Virus record (IMG/VR): IMGVR_UViG_3300037045_000341
Coordinates: 1 to 31,130 of that record
Strand: one strand, 5' to 3'
DNA length: 31,130 nt
Source: a virus
Taxonomy: Duplodnaviria; Caudoviricetes
Positions 26,593 to 31,130 of this stretch are shown one piece after another. The notes under the pieces are model-generated. The model was not told the DNA's origin. It made no database searches and saw nothing but the letters and a program-made list of their open reading frames with translations. The position numbers and the translations under genes are program-made. Each line of letters begins with the position of its first letter. Within the stretch, counting starts at the first letter, position 1.

Positions 26593-27227
26593 TGCCAGAA
26601 ATGAAAGAGCAATACCACATAGAACACGATCTGATCTCATTCTGCGAAGGTCGGAAATATAAAACGATCCTCGCCGATCCCCCCTGGCAATTCCAAAATA
26701 GAACTGGGAAGATGGCCCCGGAACACAAGAGACTGAACCGATACTCGACAATGACTCTTGATGAGATCAAGGCCCTGCCGGTGAATGATATCGCCGACGA
26801 TCAGAGCCACCTGTATCTTTGGGTTCCCAACGCGCTCCTTCCAGAAGGACTTGCGGTGATGAAGGCCTGGGGGTTTAATTATAAAACCAATGTGGTCTGG
26901 GAAAAAATCAGGAAAGACGGCCAACCCGATGGTCGTGGTGTAGGTTTCTATTTCCGTAATGTGACAGAGATTCTTCTTTTCGGGATCAAGGGCAACAACA
27001 ACCGGACCTTACAACCTGGAAGAACTCAAGTAAATTTAATCCGGACTATGAAACGGGAGCATTCTCGGAAACCTGATGAATTTATCTCACTTGTTGAGAG
27101 CTGCAGCAACCCGCCATATATTGAGCTTTTCGCTCGGGGAGAACGTGAGGGGTGGACGCTTTGGGGAGATCAAGCCAATGAAGCATATGCTCCTGATTGG
27201 CCGACGTATAAGAATTGCACACACTAG
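26592..27227 (+). CDS. MT-A70-family adenine methyltransferase
   Basis: TGATG coupling to the endonuclease; ILADPPW, HLYLWVPN, AWGFNYKT, REHSRKP, IELFARG, GWTLWGDQ. Confidence 0.93.
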   Translation: MPEMKEQYHIEHDLISFCEGRKYKTILADPPWQFQNRTGKMAPEHKRLNRYSTMTLDEIKALPVNDIADDQSHLYLWVPNALLPEGLAVMKAWGFNYKTNVVWEKIRKDGQPDGRGVGFYFRNVTEILLFGIKGNNNRTLQPGRTQVNLIRTMKREHSRKPDEFISLVESCSNPPYIELFARGEREGWTLWGDQANEAYAPDWPTYKNCTH

Positions 27228-27403
27228 TCAAGAAGATCTTTCGATTCGCTCAGCATTTTGAAATTTGCTTTATAAAAATTGCAAAAGTTTTGTTGTACGG
27301 AACAGCGGTCTTGTATAGCGTAACCACGGTCTTATTTGCGCGGAAAATTCATCTGGCTTCCCACGCTAAAGGATTCTGATATGAATTACTCACTTTCATA
27401 AGG

Positions 27404-28234
27404 TTATAACTGGCAAATATTTCTTGAAAAAATTAATAATTCATTTCCAGCTTTAGTCGCTCCAGCGCTATAGTTTAATAGGATTTTTTCCTTTGTATAT
27501 TGCTGGTATAGTTCATGTATAAGTTCGCAATCGTCATATGTAAGTATCCATTTGAAGGGTAGTGTCCGAATTACATTTGATAGTTCAGCATGGTCACTTT
27601 CAGTATAAAAATTTTCATACAAAAAGGCTCCCTTCTTTACATACGGAGGATCAATATTCAGTAGCGTATTATCGATCTCATATTTATTAATTGTTTTTGC
27701 TAAAAAAACAGATGCGTCTTGATTGTATAATTCTATATCTTCTCTATGTTTGCCAATGATTTTTATTCGATCAATAAGATTTTTTTTTGAAAACCTAGCA
27801 TCAATTTTATAATTCCCGATTTGATCAAAACCACCTATCGGACCTCCTTGTATAATCCCTGATACATTGGTCCTATTAAGGAAAAAAGTAGCGAATCCAA
27901 CTTCCAGCACTGAATAATGGCTGGGATTTTTGTAGAATGTCTTTTGGATTTGCCATGTATTAATGTTTACTTCAGAATCTTGAATAAGCTCTATGAAATC
28001 ATCTGTAGAATCAATACACGATTTCCAGAAACAATAAATATGATAATCGAAATCATTGAGAACAATCTTTGAGACTTTTTTATTATGCAGCAGTTTGAGA
28101 GCCAATCCGGCCCCACCCGCAAACGGTTCAATATATATCCCATTTGTTGTATGCCTCTCAATAATTGGTGTAACTGTATTGTATAATACTGACTTTCCAC
28201 CAGGATATCTCAACGGGGATAGGAAAGAGGCCAT
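27404..28234 (-). CDS. Dam-like (D12 class) N6-adenine DNA methyltransferase
   Basis: SPLRYPGGKS, YIEPFAGGAG, FFLNRT, IDPPY, WILTYD. Confidence 0.93.
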   Translation of the reverse strand: MASFLSPLRYPGGKSVLYNTVTPIIERHTTNGIYIEPFAGGAGLALKLLHNKKVSKIVLNDFDYHIYCFWKSCIDSTDDFIELIQDSEVNINTWQIQKTFYKNPSHYSVLEVGFATFFLNRTNVSGIIQGGPIGGFDQIGNYKIDARFSKKNLIDRIKIIGKHREDIELYNQDASVFLAKTINKYEIDNTLLNIDPPYVKKGAFLYENFYTESDHAELSNVIRTLPFKWILTYDDCELIHELYQQYTKEKILLNYSAGATKAGNELLIFSRNICQL

Positions 28235-28299
28235 GCTTTTCTCCTTTCTACATCAATCTATCACTGAATTCATTATAAAGGTATAGTTAAAAAATAGGA

Positions 28300-29805
28300 T
28301 TACGCGATTAAATAATTTATTAATGCCAATAGTCCCCCCTTGGGCAAACTCAATAATTTATCTGTTGAAATGATGTAGTTGCTTGGATCATGTATAACCC
28401 AGTTAAGAGGAGCGGCTGTAGATTTGTAGTCTGAGAAATTATCATACAAATAATCTCGGATTTGAGAATCAGAAATAAAGTTTGCTGCACTTGATCTATT
28501 TGTGTACGTATTGATTATTTCACTTAATTTTAGTTCTTTCCCGTGGGATATCTGATCCCATATATTTTTACCTGTATTTAGAGTATTGTGAGTTTTTGAA
28601 TAGTATTTAAAGGATTGTTCAAGAAGACATCTTGTCAAGTATGCTCCGCAAACTGGCAGGTCTGCAATTAAACGTCGTTGAGAGAAGATTGAAATCTCCC
28701 TGCAAAGCCGTAATAATCCATGGCATAGTTGATTTGTTGGATCCAGATGGGAAGAATCAAGACCAGCAAAAAAATATGGTAGTTGTCTACTAGTGGTTTT
28801 GGGCGGAGGACTATTGGATCCAGGAGAGTATGGAGGAGCTGAGCTGTCGTCTGCTTCGGTTGTACTTGTATAATCTGCTGGAGGATCAGGTTGCATGTCT
28901 TGGCTTGGGCTTTTATCTTGCGTTTCTGCTGATGATTGATTCTCGTTGGACTTACTTAATTCTGGAATTATATCTCTAAGTAGAGCGATGATATCAACAT
29001 CCATTATTGAGGACCTTGTATTCAACGTGTTGTCAATAAATGCTTTTCGTGTGAACTCAGTAATTAACTTATCTAATCTTTCTTTTGTTATATACTTTGT
29101 ATTTGAAACGAGATTAAAGTCCTCGTCAAATGAAAGATTTAACAATGATGTTGCCTCTTTAGTCCTGAAAATTCGGATTAGCTTATCAGGTTCTATGGTG
29201 AGTAATGTCAATTTTTCTCGTTCGTTTTTACTCCATGTATTGGAGGAAATCCCCCGATCTAGAATTTTATAATTGCAGATAAACCTTTTCGTATCGGAAG
29301 GTGATAACATCAAAATATCAGCGATCTCACGGGCAGATTTACCTTGTAGATAATAATCATATGAAATTCTCCATTTGGATACCGATGACCATTGCCTAAC
29401 ACCTTCTATATGGCGTGCTGCAAGATACGGCATGGCTCTCTCTCGCGAATCCACTAAATCAACGGGGATGGAGGAAATTTCATCGACTAGAGCTGTGTTC
29501 GGATACGGAAAGAGTCTATCATAAGCCCTTGGCACTAGGCTCCTGTCAAGGAACATTTGATATATAGCTGTACGCCTATTTCCCTCAAGAACTATATTTT
29601 GGTTATTCTCCGTAACAACAACAAGTCTCTCTCCTGGGAGTAGCACACCCATATCGTTGATTTTTTTAGCTAAAGAAAGAAGATCTTCATTCAACAGCAT
29701 ATATTCACGTATGTCTTCCTGACTTGAACTGACGGTCACTTTAAAACGAGGATTTTTCTCATCGAGTTTTAAATTTAAAGGGGAGAGCGTTGTAGTTTGA
29801 AACAT
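28300..29805 (-). CDS. ParB/Srx-like N-terminal domain protein with HEPN-like C-terminal domain
   Basis: LKLDEKNPRF and IVLEGNRRTA (ParB-like); Pro/Ser linker; C-terminal TRCLLEQS...LNWVIH. Confidence 0.7.
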   Translation of the reverse strand: MFQTTTLSPLNLKLDEKNPRFKVTVSSSQEDIREYMLLNEDLLSLAKKINDMGVLLPGERLVVVTENNQNIVLEGNRRTAIYQMFLDRSLVPRAYDRLFPYPNTALVDEISSIPVDLVDSRERAMPYLAARHIEGVRQWSSVSKWRISYDYYLQGKSAREIADILMLSPSDTKRFICNYKILDRGISSNTWSKNEREKLTLLTIEPDKLIRIFRTKEATSLLNLSFDEDFNLVSNTKYITKERLDKLITEFTRKAFIDNTLNTRSSIMDVDIIALLRDIIPELSKSNENQSSAETQDKSPSQDMQPDPPADYTSTTEADDSSAPPYSPGSNSPPPKTTSRQLPYFFAGLDSSHLDPTNQLCHGLLRLCREISIFSQRRLIADLPVCGAYLTRCLLEQSFKYYSKTHNTLNTGKNIWDQISHGKELKLSEIINTYTNRSSAANFISDSQIRDYLYDNFSDYKSTAAPLNWVIHDPSNYIISTDKLLSLPKGGLLALINYLIA

Positions 29806-30296
29806 TCAAATATTCTCCATTATATAGCTGGATGTGTAGTTATACAGCCATTATTTTTCACCATGAATGATATAAAGTCAATTAATTTATTTTAATGTAA
29901 TGAATTTTAGTGCTAAATAATAAATAGATTACACTTGTGAAATTCATTGGTTGAGAAACCGCTAAAAATCTAGCAGCTTTTTGTGGCAAGAGACTCTAGA
30001 CTTCCAATCCTTAGGTAAGGAAAATCATCAAAATATAATTAAAAATTGTTTGGTTCTGGATAATGCTATCAATGCCCGTCGGAAGGTTTCTATAAAAGAG
30101 ATCCTCGAGGAACTGTGTTTAATACGCAATATAGTGATGACCTTTCTTCCTTTCACATCATATAGCAGTCTCCTATTGTATCAAAAAAATTCAAGACTAT
30201 ATATTTGAATAAACTTTGATTTTCTTATATTGACCATGGTGCTTTAACTATTTTTCCAAAACACCATATCTATACATCTGTTCAGGAGTCTCACGG

Positions 30297-30320
30297 AAAA
30301 AGTGATACAAAAAGTGATAC
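30297..30320 (+). repeat. Tandem 12-bp repeat AAAAAGTGATAC x2 (candidate integrase arm sites)
   Basis: Exact direct repeat, ~425 bp from the att core. Confidence 0.55.
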
Positions 30321-30608
30321 CAAAGCCGATCTCAAAAGGGTACCACCCTTGATTAGGAGTGTGATACTATCTCTATGCTTTATAGTATTTAAGTATCATC
30401 CGATACCCTTTATTGTTCCAGCGGTAGCCGTCTCCTAAAAAAGGGGTTGCTCCACTATCATAGATAATAGCTGCAAGTACTTTCTCGAGATATTCCTCCT
30501 CTATATGTAAAAATTCTTATCTTGTGAGTATCGGGTTATATTAATTCTGGTGATCTCAGCTTTCTTCCAAAATCAATGAACTTAACACCTGTTTAGCGGT
30601 CTAGAAAA

Positions 30609-30632
30609 AAAAAGTGATAGCAAATGTGATAG
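30609..30632 (+). repeat. Tandem 12-bp repeat AAAAAGTGATAG/CAAATGTGATAG (candidate integrase arm sites)
   Basis: Same GTGATA core and 12-bp period, ~110 bp from the att core. Confidence 0.6.
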
Positions 30633-30743
30633 AAAAACCATATATTATATATGAATAACCATGATCTATAATATAAATCTATTTCTATATATAGAAAGCT
30701 TTTTATATATATTCTTACCATGTATATTATTGCTCTTTTCGCA

Positions 30744-30785
30744 TTGACATGGTAGAAGTCGTTGGTTCAAACCCAATCAATCCCA
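30744..30785 (+). tRNA. 3' fragment of tRNA-Val(GAC); prophage attachment core (not a full tRNA)
   Basis: Anticodon loop TTGACAT, GGTAG, variable AAGTC, T-arm GTTGG-TTCAAAC-CCAAT, acceptor strand CAATCCC-A; no D-arm or 5' strand upstream. Confidence 0.88.
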
Positions 30786-30828
30786 AAAGGCAACTAACTA
30801 CAATATATAGAGTTAGTTGCCTTTTTTT
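30785..30828 (+). terminator. Rho-independent terminator of the original tRNA locus
   Basis: AAAAGGCAACTAACT-N11-AGTTAGTTGCC-TTTTTTT. Confidence 0.9.
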
Positions 30829-30953
30829 GTCAACTTGAAATAGTAGTGATTTTTTTTGCCGAATTTCTGTCCACAATCCAAGTCCCCTGTGGTTTCAGTT
30901 CCCGGGAAGCCTCCGAAAAAGTACTGGTTTTAAAGAATTCCTTAGGAAAACCT

Positions 30954-31130
30954 TCAAAATAGATGCCTTAAAGAGGTATGGGAAATGCTGAAAAGCCTTT
31001 TTTCGGAGCTCTCCCTGGAACCAAAACCAATGAAGCAACCGCATTCACGAAGCATCACCTTGCAGGTACCGGCGTCGTTGAAATCAGTGTCACCGACCAT
31101 GATCACCCGCTCGGGGCTATACTGCTCCAA
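30954..31130 (-). CDS. 3' end of a host gene, possibly a HAD-family hydrolase (partial)
   Basis: Open frame from window end LEQYSPERVIMVGDTDFNDAG...; MVGD..ND resembles HAD motif IV. Confidence 0.4.
   Translation of the reverse strand: MEQYSPERVIMVGDTDFNDAGTCKVMLRECGCFIGFGSRESSEKRLFSISHTSLRHLF

Larger units (their letters stand above)
1..30785. mobile_element. Integrated temperate siphovirus-type prophage (partial; continues left of window), right end at tRNA-Val 3' fragment
   Basis: Syntenic tail-head-packaging-replication-immunity modules; CI/S24 repressor; ends in a tRNA 3' half plus terminator. Confidence 0.93.

Noticed and set aside
29981-30208. 75-aa plus-strand ORF
   Set aside because: TTG start, no SD, no motifs; AT-rich non-coding context
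30297-30632. CRISPR array
   Set aside because: Repeats are 12 bp, adjacent, and have no spacers
30700-30785. Complete tRNA gene
   Set aside because: No 5' acceptor strand, D-arm or 5' anticodon stem upstream

Overview
Positions 1 to ~30785 are the right-hand part of an integrated temperate siphovirus-type prophage with an HK97-like head and probable cos packaging. The GC-rich core is mostly on the minus strand. In transcription order it carries a small RHH-type regulator, two HTH_17/excisionase-like genes, a DNA methyltransferase, SSB, an initiator with internal iterons and a DnaC-like loader. These are followed by HNH, TerS, TerL, portal fused to a MuF-like domain, protease, capsid, connectors, tail tube, a frameshifted tail chaperone, tape measure and a tail protein. 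A divergent CI-like repressor follows. Between cI and the attachment site is an AT-rich ~8 kb cargo island with three putative defence modules: (i) SLATT 2-TM protein + pol-beta nucleotidyltransferase + a 2H-phosphoesterase/N6-adenine methyltransferase fusion, the most novel-looking system here; (ii) BglII/BstYI-like endonuclease + MT-A70 methyltransferase; (iii) ParB-like/HEPN-like protein + Dam-like methyltransferase. The prophage ends at a 3' fragment of tRNA-Val(GAC) with its terminator, preceded by tandem GTGATA repeats (candidate integrase arm sites). No integrase is in the window. A low-GC moron between terL and portal is bracketed by a duplicated terL 3' end. All calls come from reading motifs by eye; no database search was run.
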